Source of the DNA: Tubiluchus corallicola
Lineage: Eukaryota; Animalia; Priapulida
Reading direction: 5' to 3'
DNA: 64,000 bases
NCBI GenBank assembly: GCA_030141605.1
Contig: JAQGDQ010000015.1
Coordinates: 124,001-188,000 of the forward strand
The stretch's first letter is position 1; each line of letters opens with the position of its first letter. The notes beneath the pieces are model-generated. The model worked only from the letters and a program-made list of their open reading frames with translations. It made no database searches and was not told the DNA's origin. Shown piece after piece: positions 26,608 to 40,161 of the stretch. Made by a program: the position numbers and the translations under genes.

Positions 26608-29600
26608 ATGTCGAAAACGAAAGTAAAAAGGGATAAATTAGGTCACTGGGACATAACGCCGGATTTATTACAAGCTGAGCTAGGATTCAAGATAATCAAG
26701 AATAAAGATGGCTTGCTGTATTGCAGAAAGTGTCGTGTGCCATTTCTTTCAAGTGAAATGATGGTGAATATTCACGGGAAGACGTACTGTGTTGAATGTG
26801 CACAAAGTACGAAGCGTTGCTCGGAGTGCCACACAAAAATCACAGACCGAGAAAAGGTATTCTAGTCACTTTAAGTCCTTTTGCGTAGTGTGGTATTTAA
26901 TCGATTTAAATGATTAGATTTTAAATTGATTTAAAAATAGAAAGAAATAAAGAATGTTGAGATCCTCATCAACACAAATTATATTGCCTATATAAGGTTT
27001 GATATTTTGGACGAATGGTCGTGAATCATTGTAGATCACTTCCAGTTGTACTAAGCGTTGACTAATAATTGATATCAAATGTTATTTATGTACTCTTTGT
27101 AAAAGCTCTGAGGTTGTGTGGTAATGCAAACTGCAGCAGGTCTGAAAGGATGATTTACTCCTTTTAGCTATATATTTGATTATCTGTTTAAAGGGTCGGT
27201 ACTACATAAGACATGGGACAATACTAAATGGTCACATTACGCTCTTAAATGGCCCAACTGTTAAAAGTCCAACTAGTCCAATCATAAGAAACTAAAAGCC
27301 CAAGTGTCGAGAAGTACGCCGGTACGGCGCTTCTCGAATAAAATAGTTTTTTCATGTTTTTATGGATCTGCCACTGCAAACCTGTTTCATAGTATACATT
27401 TAACTCCATACAAAGGTTAAAGTTTGTAATTTGCACATAAGCTTCTTTCTCAGAAGGTATGTATAATTGTAGTCTTGCCAAAATTTTCCGGATTGTGGAT
27501 TTAACAAGAAAGCTAGTTCGAGTTCGAATCTCGGGTCACATTCAAATTACTAAATTTGCTGCCGCCTGCTTCGGGTTCAATTTTTGTTATGACATATCTT
27601 TATTTGAACAAAAATGCAACACCTCATAATCAATGTGACACGATTAATTTTACCAAAGCATGCACCTTTATTACTCGATCGAAAGGCCTTAATTTTCTGC
27701 GTACAGGTGTATACTACGATATCTAGAAATGTGTAAACGAATCCGTGGACCGTGAAACCATTAACGATGATCGAGAAAACAAGTAAACGATGAAGCCTAC
27801 ATTCTCTAGGCGGCTTCCTCAGGCTGAGTCAGCTTCGATTTTTTCAAAAATTTTAACAAGTTGTAAAAGTCGTAATGTTCTTATTTTTTTCAAAAATCTT
27901 AGGTTGTATCTTACGACGGCAAGTACTTTCACGACGACTGCATGTTTTGCATGGCTTGCGGAAACTCATTGGAGGGAATGGGATTTAAGACACGAGACAA
28001 AAGGCACTTTTGCAAAGAATGTTTCGTAGAGACGTGTCCGAAGTGTAAACGAGTTTTGAGAAACGGTACTTATTCATGATTGATTGAATTGACCTTATTT
28101 AATATTAATTTTTACTACAATTCACAGCACACTCTAAAAGCAATAACAAAGTTATAACACTTTTTAACGTTGCGCAGTAATTGAAAAAAAATTAAATACT
28201 AAATAAAAGTAGAAAGTTGATAATTAAGGTTGCATGGAAAAACACAATTATGCAATTTCAGAAACAAGAACAGGCCTATAGAGAAACACAGACGGTCTGT
28301 GAAAAAAATTAAAAAAGAAAATCTATGACAGTTTTGTGCTGCGGCTAGAGCAGAAGCAATATCAAAGATCCGCTTGCTTCCAATGTGTTCCGGGTGATGA
28401 TAAGCTATATGAATCTAATGATAGCGGCAGAAATTTAAAACACAGTATGTAGATTGTAGGGCGAATGTCACAAAAACTTTTGTCACCAAACTTTCCACAT
28501 TTCTTTTACAGAATCACTAAGGGGGAGGAGGTCCTTGAAACAGCAACAATAAGAATCATTTTGTGTCCCTCAGTGCTACTGTGAAATCTTGTGATTTTTT
28601 TGCAACCGCGTCGTTGTGACTAGCGTTTTTTCACTGTATTTCTGTATTTTTTTTTGAGTAAATGTGGTTATATTACAAAACCCCCCTCCCAGATTAGTGT
28701 TCATTGATCGTTTGCGATTTTTCACCTGAACTTAATCCTCAGAAGTGGCCTGAAATGTCACCCATCTTTTATTTTCTGTATACATGTATTGACGTTTTTT
28801 ATTAATTTTGTTCTGTAGATTTAGAGAACGAGGTTGAAGTATGTATTCTACCTTCAATCGTAGTTAGTGAGTGAGTGAGTGATTAAATACTTTTATTGCG
28901 GAACAAAGTCCATAGTACAATACAGATCATAATTAACAATCAAACACATAGTGCGCATGAGTGTGTGTGTGAAAGAGAGAGTGAGTGAGTGAGTGAGTGA
29001 GTAAGTAAGTAAATAAGTAAGTCAATAAGTAAATAAATAACTGAGTGAGTGAGTGAGTGAGTGGGTGAGCGAGTGAGTGAGTGAGTGAGTACGTATGTAA
29101 ATGAGTAAGTAGTTAAATAAGTAAGTAACCAAGAAAGTATGTAGGTAAGTAACGAAAAATTGTACTTATTTTTTGAAACTTCTAAGTTACACACTGTGTT
29201 AGTCATTTAAGGTTTGCTATATTAGCTGCATCTTTGCAGGCCAGAAAAAAGCGGAGTATAATGGCGAGAAGTACCACGAAGAGTGTTTCATATGTTCTCA
29301 GTGCAACAGAACTATTGGTACTTCGTCGTTTTTCACGAATGTGAATGGGGTTATCTGCTTACGATGTCATGCGGACAAGTTTGCGGAGACGTGTGCTATT
29401 TGCGAAACGGTAACGTTAAAATTAATTGTGAAGTGGCGCTTACCAGACATCTGGTATGCGTTATGCCTTATCTACCTGCGGAATATGTGCGTATAAAAAA
29501 TCTATAGGAAATAGCTGCAGAAAAAAGTAACGCACAACGCAAGTTTGATAAACAGGTGCATTGAAAACAATATAAACCGATTTTAGCTATTCCGCATCCG

Positions 29601-32600
29601 CAAAACGCATACGCATTCCGCATTCTGGTAAACGCCAATAAAGACAACGTTCACATTTATCTAGCAGCCGTGTTGGCATCGCGGTTATCTAATTTATCTA
29701 AGGCAGACTCTATCCATGCGTATAAAAATTATGATGCTATGTTAACAAATATGTAGCGACCAAAACTGATGTATAATTGGAGACATGATGTAACCGGAAA
29801 GCCTGATACAATTTGGCCTATAGGCCTAGTGCATAAGCCATGTAGCTATAGGCCCACCATGCAATAACGCATTGCATAAAATATGATTTATGCTCTGTCA
29901 ACTTGTAAAATACGTCATAACACCTTCACCTACAATAAGTCTAACGCATATTATGTTCTGTCCAGCATACCTGGCAGGACTTGCAAAAAATTGACCAGGC
30001 TGTTGCAGTAACTCTAGCAGTAACGAGTCCGCTTTCCGCCGGGGAACTCGTGAGTTCGATGCAGCGGCCGGGCCATACCAAAGACTATAAAAATGGTTTC
30101 GTGCTGTTGCCCAGCCTAGCGCGTGGTATTTAGGGTAAAAGTGTGGTAATAATAGCCTCTGTTATGTAGTTGTAGTTTGTTATTTACAGTCGGCGACATT
30201 AGCTCTTTGAGCTAAATGTTCACCCAAAAGCCGACTTTAAATGAAGATTATTGTTATTATTATTATTGTTGTTGTTGTTGCTGTTGTTGTTATTATTAAT
30301 ATTATTATTGATTCAGAATTCAGCATTTCCAAATGTTAGATCGCTCACACTAAAGCGACTCTAATTATTTTTATTGATTAATTTTGAGCCTAAAATTTCT
30401 ATAATTAATTATTATAATCTTAATGTCAAGTTAATTTAATAGTATAATACATATAAACCTAAAATTAGATTTCTCAGTGGGCTAGAACATGATTTGGGCT
30501 TTATGTTTTAAATAGTTATTTTTTAGAAAAAAGGCATTTTCTGCTCGCATTCAAGCGGACGATTTAGAGGACGGGGCAGTTAGTTTAGTGATTTGAAAAA
30601 AATAAAAAAGAGTATTGTGTGTTCTTGTGACATTTCATTTGTTCTAGTTTGGTAGTACATGTGTAGGTAGCAGTACTACACCATAATTATATTTGAACAA
30701 CTTAAATATGGAAGTGTTAGCAAACAGTAGAGGAAAGTGCCCTAAAGTGCATCTCTTAAACTATATAATAAGCTATGGAGCTTTTTTAAACTACTTGGCT
30801 TCACAAATATTTAATCAAAGAACATCATTTGGTGAACCAGGCTTACAGTTGTTTGTTTACTACAATTTCAGGATAACGAAGTTTATTTTAATCTTAAAAC
30901 CTCATGTAACTTTGAGCAAAACTAGGCCATTTGGAGAGTACGGTTCCGACAAAATACATCCTATGTTCGCAAAACGCCCCTATTGATTTGCCAGAAGACT
31001 TTCTAATTTCCAAAATATTCTAACTAACTGCCACATGCCCACTACAATAAGTAAAATGTTCTTATAAAGCCCTACAATAAAGTAAAAATTGAATGTAGCA
31101 TATAAGCAGAGCAATGCCACAATTCATAATCTATAAAACAACTTTAAAAAATATCTTTTTGGCAGACTAAGCGTTACGAAGCAGCAGAGTAACGAATCAA
31201 CACGGTGAATTAGAAATTAATTATTATATTTGTTGAAAATTATTAAAGCGCCACTATTTTATTATCTCGATTCATCCCTGCATTTGTTTGTTCATTCTTA
31301 CGTTCATTTTGGGCAGTTTTATAGTTCGTTTATGTGCTCTTTTCTACTCTTTACTGTATTTTATAACTCCATTATTAAGTTCGTTTGTGTAGGTTAATTT
31401 ATTCATTGCTTAGTTTGTCATCAGTACTTTGCAATTTTTAGATATAGACTTACCTATAGTTAGGCAAAACATTTAGAATTTTCAGTGTTTAATGTCATTC
31501 TCATCTCTGATCAATTCTGTTGTACGTGTAGCATACCGTAGCAATTTTCGTTGTTAAATTTATATTTGTTGTTGTTTATTTTCATTCTGTAGCCTCTTTT
31601 AAGTCGCTTTTTCACAAGTTGTACGCCTGTCATACTGTAAAATTTTTTAGCATACTGTTTGTTGTCAGTGTGCAGGTCCACTATCGTTAACTTCCGTAAC
31701 ACGCCACAAACAATGCAAGAAAGATTACGTCGATGTCTTTACGCACCACAAGCAGTTGTTGAAATTCTTCCAATATATAATGAGCGTTTTAAGTCCAGGG
31801 TGGATTCCGGCTTGCAGAAAAGTGTGTGCTTGGCCGATAGGCCCTGCCGTTGAGTGCAGTTTTTGACAGCGTTTTTTTATACAAAGACGCTCAAATAATA
31901 ATAACGACGGAACATAAATAATTATATTGCCCATTAACCAAACGGGGTCGACCTCTAGCCAGATCCTTGCAAATAAAATATGTCTAGCAGGAGTGTAGAG
32001 ACGTTATAGTGGTGAAACATGCTTGAGTAATAATTACATAGACATATATTGTCTGGAAAAATTAGAAACAGTCAGATCAGTTTTTCCAAGCCAAAAAACT
32101 CGAAATCTGCTGCTAAAAAATCCTCCCTGCTAGGTAGATAATATCAGCTGAACCTTCAAATTAATAAAAACGCTCTCTGTCCCAAGGTAATTAGCTTCCC
32201 ATTTTTTAATTAAAGATTTTATGCCGTTACAAGAGATTTCTAAATGCTACTACAGTATTGCATTAATGTTTGTCAAGGTTGCACATACTGTATTTGGCAG
32301 AGCTCTTACTGTTATTCATAGTTTATCTGGGGTAATTAACTTATGTTATTTAAACCCTTATTGCTTACATAAGCCTTTTAGACTGATCATTTATGATGTC
32401 TAGTATGATCTTAGACGTATGATCATTTCCCTTGTACCACATTTTCGCTGTAACAAATTTTCCTACTACCAATTAAACTTTTCCAGTGCATAACTTTTCT
32501 AGCACCAAACCTATTGGTGCTAGAAAAGTTACCATTCTAGCAGCAGGTGCTATTCTGTACAATTTTTACGTTGTGCCACATTTACTTGTACCAAAAATGC

Positions 32601-34353
32601 TTGACAAAACTACGCCAGGTCTAATCTATTAAAGTTTAACAATACCACTCTTTCCCTGTAGCCAATTTTCCCAGTGCTAAAACTTCGCTTTGTGCGAAAA
32701 TTCCTAGCAGCAAATAGAGCTTATTCGTCGTCCTCTTGGTATTAAACAATGGCTGGTACCCTCCACCTGTTGATGCCACAGACTCGTATACCGCCCACAA
32801 TGCATCATCCATCAATCTAGAGTTGTATTTGCTATTTTTGCAGTATATTTACATGGAAAAAAATCGACACACGCAGAAGCGGCTTTGACAAACCGCTGGA
32901 TTTCTTTTGAAAGATCTGTTGCTTTCACTTGTTGGTGCTGAGTATTGTTGTTACCAGTGCTGGGATTCATCGATCTCATCTTTTCTAGTGCAGTGGAAAG
33001 TAGTCTATAGAGATATAGAGCTTATTCTTAAACCCTCGAAAGAAGTGTAATGCATGTACTCCACTAAAATTACCAGGTCAACTTGTCAAAACAGAAAAAA
33101 TGAGAAACAGTTACAGTGGCGACTCATGTATAGGTACTGTAGCACCCCGTTTTCACTCATTATTATCGATAATAATGCAGTTTGGCACAAATAAACGCAG
33201 TTTGCAATTAATTATGTTTGTTTAACGAGTACCAGTTAATTAAAGCAGAAATAAATAAAACTGAAATTTGAAACTATTTTAGCCAGTCGAGTGGGAGGGA
33301 ATAGCATTCGAGGGGAGACTCTTCCATGACGAATGCTTCACGTGTAACCGCTGCGGGATAAACTTGGCTGACAAACGGTTTTCTCCACGTGATGGGAAGC
33401 CATATTGCAGAGATTGCTTCCAGAAAAAGTTTGTACGACATTGCGCTTCTTGCAAGGAGCCACTGGTTGGTACGTACCTCATTATTATCAAAAGGAAACG
33501 TCCGCGTTGTAATATAGCACTATTTTTATAGGAATCTGTTTACCTTTGTGGTTATAGGCCTCAGACATGTTTGCTGTGAATCAAGTTGTCAATTAAGATA
33601 AGTGGTTGTCGCAAGGTAACTTTATCTTGTTTAACTGTGCAGCCAATTACTAACCCGAATAGGAGCGATATTGTCTAAAAGCACGCTATAAGTATAAACA
33701 ATCATAGACTTTTTGTTCTCTCACATTACAGAAAACACACGCATACGCATATACAAGCAATGACGTATTTCGATTTGAGTTCTGGTTTTAGGTCATTTTG
33801 ATAAAAATGCTGCTCCTTAAGTAGAAACCTCAAGATTTCATTTCTCAAATGGGCGACACGTACATTACCCATTTCTAGTGTTTAATCCATAAGAAGTGGT
33901 ATGTGTCAGCACAATCACGACATTCAAAATCGTCACATGTCACTGTCATTCATTCACAATAAGCAATTTCATGTCCAAATAAAGTGAGTGGCATACCATT
34001 CAATGAAATGTCAGTAATGTAATGATACTTAAAACTGGAACTGCCTTAAAATTTTTATCCTCGCCACACATTTCATTTACCATGATGTCCAGCAAACAAG
34101 ACACACAAAACTGTTGTTGTTTGTGAATGGATAGAGCAAAAATAATTTAACATCCTTGACAATGTGCACTTCACAGACGCCCATAGCTACATTATTTTTT
34201 ACAGGAATGAGAGCCAGAAAATATGTCACATTCGAGGATAGGGCTTGGCATAAACAATGCTTCCGTTGTTCCCGCTGCAAGCGCTTGCTGGGAGAGAAGG
34301 GATTCCATAAACAAAATAGAAGAATTGTCTGTTATGAATGTGCCATCTCCTAA
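26608..34353 (+). CDS. Four-and-a-half LIM domain protein (FHL/limpet-like), 5 exons: 26608..26856, 27903..28065, 29240..29409, 33283..33469, 34205..34353
   Basis: GT-AG junctions join in phase (0,1,0,1). Product has a half LIM (CRKC...YCVEC) and four LIMs (CSEC...FHDDCMFCMAC...FCKEC; CPKC...YHEECFICSQC...CLRC; CAIC...FHDECFTCNRC...YCRDC; CASC...WHKQCFRCSRC...CYEC). Confidence 0.9.
28975..29090. repeat. (GAGT)n/(AAGT)n tetranucleotide microsatellite
   Basis: Visible repeats in FHL intron 2. Confidence 0.85.
29434..29637. mobile_element. Small MITE in FHL intron 3
   Basis: Terminal inverted repeats TGGCGCTTACCAGA ... TCTGGTAAACGCCA (13/14 match) with internal ATGCG/CGCAT subrepeats. Confidence 0.6.
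30010..30310 (+). mobile_element. tRNA-derived SINE with conserved central core and simple-repeat tail
   Basis: B-box-like GAGTTCGAT; core GGCCATACCAAAGACTATAAAAATGGT resembling (from recall) the Meta-type SINE domain; (TTA/TTG)n tail. Confidence 0.6.
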
Positions 34354-37300
34354 AGTTGGATTTTTTCTTATCAACGACTAATGTAAAAAGGCTAAATTTT
34401 GATTTATAATAATGTCAGTTTAAACGTTTGGCAAAATTTGATTATTTCAGCCACCAATAGTATCACCAGGGTCACTGTTTAGTATTTTAATGAATGTTGT
34501 GTCACAGGTTACAGGTTGAATTTTGCAGTATAATAGCTTGCTGAAGGAAACCACTAAGTTCGTATAAATTTACAACACCTTTTTGCTCTTAACTAACTCA
34601 CTACAACCACAGAACTGCTTCAGAATTGACCGATGGCCCATTATTCGTTTTCCTGCCTTCTTTCAAGTTTTGCATATTAAGTTCTTAGTTATTCTGATAT
34701 TTTCACAATACCAAATACATTAGAAGAACAAAGTTTTATCTAATTATTGTCCTATATTTCGTGTAAGAATGCAAAATTAATTTCCAAACAAAACTATGTG
34801 GAATAACAAACAAAGAAATAATTGCAGTATAATTTGATAATGTAATACAGTGGAAATACAATTTTCTAACAGAACTGTTTTACCAAAACATTACAAAACA
34901 CACTAATACAGTCCTTTGATATATAATAAGACACTGTCAAACAAGTATATTACATCATATTAAGTGTATTTGATACCAATGTATTTTCTAACAGCTTCAC
35001 ACACAATTCATGCTCTACTCGCTTCAGGTGCAATCAACAAGACAGCCCTTGTAAGCTTCCAACGACCATATTTCACAAAAATTGAGTTCTTGAAAACTTA
35101 ATTAATGTAAATATAACACAAAAGGTATTAGCTTTTACTATAAATAATCAATAGATCTATCATTCAGAAATTTTAATGCCAACAGAAATAAAATAACCTT
35201 AAGCTTACTGAAAACGTCATGGATTAATTTAACACCTGCACTCTTCAATAATCATAAATCTTAATTTCTGATTATAGATAATTCCTAGTAACAATCAATC
35301 ATAAATCTTGAATTCTGATAAAACTTCAAATAGGGCTTCAGTTTCTGCTGAATATGGCAAGAACAATGCTGAAATATTCAAATTTATGATTATTTGTTTC
35401 AAGCGGCAAGTTTTCAGTGGCTAAGCTGGTAGTTTTTTACATAAAATCAAATAGCAGTTACACACTTGCAAAAGTGTTCAAAGTTGATGGATAATGTGTG
35501 AATGCAATGAATTTTGGAAGAAGCAAAACCAGTGAAAATGTATCTAGCACAGAAGAGGCCTACTACCCAACATGAGATTTCAAAATTTTCCACAGTTTCA
35601 CACATTCTTCCTCAAGTCACACCAACATGGAGCAACAGTGGACATACAACAGATCACAAAAAGGAATCGAGTTTGAATAGCCTACTGTGTAGTACACCAA
35701 CACTATAAATTTCTTGCCAAACAAACCACACAGCAACTAAGCGGGTTAATGCACTAACAATAAAGAAAGGAATTAGCAGTGTTACCATAAAGTTATGCCT
35801 ATACATCAACTGATAGCACCTGATTGACCTGATTTATGGTGAGTATTGAGTGACAAATGTTTCTCACTTAACACATTTTCAGTTTCTCCATGGTATAATA
35901 AAGCAAAGTTACAATTTCTACTTGTTTACTGTAAAAACCGTGCTTGTTTTCAATTATGAATACATCTACATATTCACTCAACTCGAATCTAGTTAACTTG
36001 TCACTAACTGGTATTTCCACTCAACTCAACCATTTCTTTGAACTCCAGATTAAATGAAGCACATCGCTGCATAATGATTGTGCATGTAGAATTATAATTT
36101 GTAAAATATTAGCACTACTAGTCCTCCTTATATATCATTTCAAGTACGAGAGCACAAATAACATTAAAATTGAGTTCTGGTATTTTCAAGAAAACTAAAA
36201 TGAGCTAAAAATATCTTTGTTAAATAGGTAGTATTGGAACAATATGAAAATGTAACAGGCCCTGTCAACAAATCCTATAGTGTTTACTAGATTTACGGCT
36301 GTTAAATGACCACATATCAATGCGAACTATATCAGTTAAAGGGGGAATATCATGAAAATCAAGTTAAACTTATTTTATAGTTGCCTTCCCCGTGAACAAC
36401 TTGGCAAAAAAATTTTTAGCAGTATGGTGTCTAATTAAGAGTAATTGTCTTTTTTGTATCTCACGGGAAATGCCATGAATCTGCACTTGCGCCTCTCCCG
36501 GTGAAAAAATTGAACTAGCGCAGCTCTGAAAATGACGTAGCACAGTGTACCCACAGCTCGGTGTAATACTGTCGTATACAACCGGGCTAAAAATAAAGCT
36601 GTTATTACTACATTACCATATTTGACAGCTGATAGAAACATATGTCGTTGTGCTCATTCACGTTTTCATCAAATTCTGCAAAAGCGATATATTTTACTAC
36701 CGTCGAAAGTTATCGGTCCACTATAGTATATTCTAATAGATGTGTAAACAATCATTCTGCAAAAGTAGGCCTACAGCATATTGTGAAAATTCTTGTGGCA
36801 TTAATTGAAAACATCGTCAGCAATACAAGCTGCAAAAGTGTGGGCCTTGGTAACAAAAGTTCTTTTCTTGTAAAACAAGTCCGATAAAGTAACTTCATTC
36901 TGCTAGAAGAATTAATGAATTTGTAAACATAGAGAAACTCACTGAAGCATAATTATAATGCTAGTGTGACAATTTTTAGAGACAACTTCATTTTATCAGC
37001 CTTAACAAAAAAATATGTGAACCTCATAGACACAAAGACTATAACATCATATTAGCTGTAGATTTTAATGCAAAAAATCGCATTACGTAATGTAATTGTG
37101 ATATTTTTATTGAAATGGATACAAAGCTCGAGATGACTAAACTGCATCGATAAACTAAACTTCTGCACATGAGCTTAAAATGAAACAAATTAAAAAAACA
37201 CTACCAAGAACTGCATCTGACTAAATCTGCCTGAAGTCTAAGCACAATATTTTTAACACTAGAGTTTATCATCTTCTAAACTCACGTTTCAAAGCAAACA

Positions 37301-38953
37301 GCCAAGAAATTATCACACACAGATCAAGTCGTGGCAGTTCGTAGGCGGAAACCCAGCTTTTTTAGATTGTGCTTTAATTTCTTCAATAATTTTCTGTTGC
37401 TAATTGGAAACTAAGTAAAAGTTTTTATATTTGGCTTCGCATTCCTACACTTTCAGTCGAACGGCCTGTCTAATTTCTGTATCCTAGTGTAACACATTCC
37501 ACGGCTGTTTTTCAATAAGAACAGTCAAGATGACCGAAACCAAGCAAATCACGCATTCAATCCACAGTAAACTAATCTTTAGCGATACCGTCACAAGGTA
37601 TAAACTACGTAAAAGTGCTGTATGTGTAAACAAACATTCAAACAGTGTTGTGTACAGTGCATACAGCGTAAGCATTCTCCCCTTGTGACTTATGCCAAGT
37701 TTCATCTGTAATATGGCAATTTTCAACACCAGAGGCACAGGTGCAGGTCCATGCTTAATGGCGGCCTAGTCAAATGTTTGTTTTGTATATAATTTTATCC
37801 GAACTTTTGCCAAGGATTCTTAAACATGAAATTTTCATGAAGAATGAGGTATGTATTTGTATTCGCCACATAATCGTGAGTTATTCAAGCTCAACTTAAT
37901 TTTGGTGATATTCGCCCTTTAATGTGAAATCACCTTTGAAAAAGCTCGACATTATTTAGATGAAAAGGACACACGAAAGTTAAACTAAGGTCATCTACTG
38001 GTACATACATTACACAAGTTATAACCTGTACAACTTAAAAATACTGTAACCGTGACGTATGATCACAAGTACTTTTATGTAAGTAATATAGTTTGAGTAC
38101 ATGCACATTAAATACGAATACTGTATTTACACTAATAAACATTCCACAGCTTCCATTTATGATACATATTGGCGCAAGAACGCTACGTTTGTAATTTCAT
38201 TTAATTATATAACCATTGCAAAATTTTAAGCACATTCTTGATAATAGTAGATTTGACGATCTATTTCTGTTGCAGATATTCGAAATTTGATGTAAGAAAA
38301 AACACACTCAATACTACAATAATTTAAGAACATAACAAATAATTAGAAAATGCAATAAGCCAAGAAAAGAAATCACTGAGAACTTGAACAAATTCATATA
38401 TGAAGATTAAGTAAATTGACTTAAAAAGCTTCTGTTAGCTAATTAGGAAGTTAATTCTTAATTATCAATTAAGGCTGACTGCATGATGGTGCAGCGAGAA
38501 AATATGCAAGTACAGAACTTCGAGGCGTTCGAGCATTCATTATGAACTAGTTTGCTATTAAAACCTATAAATTAACTATACAAGACAATGTTGGGAAGTG
38601 CAAACATTTGTCTTGTTTATACAGGAGATGACAAGTATTTCAGGTGGCCATATGACCAATATCTCTGGCTGTTTCCAAGTGACATTGCTGATGAACCAGG
38701 TGGAATAGGAGAATAATTTTAGTATCATTATTACTGTAGTAGAAGCACCCAGAAAATTTCATACATTCTAGCCTCATACAATTCTACAATTAAATACAGC
38801 ATTTAAAGGTTTACATTTGAATGACATGCCGAAACAATAAGACAAATAATAATTCAGAATCTAAGATTCAAGGGGTCCAATTTTAATCTGCTTTTGAAGT
38901 GATGCATCACACAACATGCATTAAAGAGAGAGAGACAGAGGGATGGAAAGAAC

Positions 38954-38955
<2 letters not shown>

Positions 38956-38990
<35 letters not shown>
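38956..38990. repeat. (AG)n microsatellite
   Basis: Visible AG run. Confidence 0.85.
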
Positions 38991-38996
<6 letters not shown>

Positions 38997-40161
38997 GAAA
39001 TGTCCATAATAATTTTGATATTTGCAAGGCTACCACATTATTATGAGTAGTTAGACAACTTAATTCAAAATTTCTGATCAAATTTAGTTCTGTTATGAAA
39101 GAAGACTTGACATAATCAACGTTCTTAAGTACTTATCATACATTTCTAAAAATTACAATCATGTTTAAGTTATTGGTAATGCCGACAGACTTACCAAATG
39201 GAATAGCTATACGCTAAACTGGGTACCTTCAAACAGTTATCGCTCCACAAAATTTTTGTCACATGACAAATTTCAACAATTCTTACTTGTACTGAACTTA
39301 GAAAGTCAATGCACGGTGTTTCAGCAAATCCATAACCCTGATCCAAGTAGTTTAATGCTTGTATCTGAAAAAAATTGAAATATTAATAGCAAAAGTTTTT
39401 TCAATCCCTGACATATTAGTGCACCATATAAAATAATAGGCTAGCACATAAGTCCGTCAATGTAAATAAGATAAATATAAAAATGTTGTACATGTTTAGC
39501 ATTTTCACAATGTATGGGAAAGGTGTTGCATTCACGCTGCATTAGTAGCAATCTCATAATTGATAAAACTCCATTTAAAAAACAAAACAAGGATAAAGAT
39601 CTTCACATTAGAGCCTTATGTATGGTAATTAAAAAAACAATGGCAGAGTAAACAAGAACTTTGAGCAAAATGAAGCAAGGTATTAAAAGTGCTGTATAAA
39701 GCACAGTGCAAGTGCTAACATTAACAAGTTATTAAGTTACAGGTAATATGAAAACATTTGCAAAATATGATCTACAAAAGAAAGAGAAACAAATGAATGT
39801 ACAAATTTCATTGCATTTAGAGTTAAAGGAAGTTAGAAATTAAAATAATATGATTTTAACACGGATAAAAACAAACATACAAGTGCCCCAGCTAATTATG
39901 TCAAACGGCCATTTACAAAGTAGTGTGCAAGAAATTTGTAAAATAAATGATTTGATTTCTTTTAATAAAGTCCCAGAACGACACGTACCTTTTACTCAAA
40001 CCATGGCATGATTTTCTTGCAATATTAGTGAGCTTGACATGATAATTATTTAATTACTAAAAGATATTTTAAGCTGATTCAGTTTTATTTCCATATTTAT
40101 AAAAACATATTCTACAAAATGGGTGTTCTAATCCCGAGAATGTATCCCTCCTCCCTCCTGA

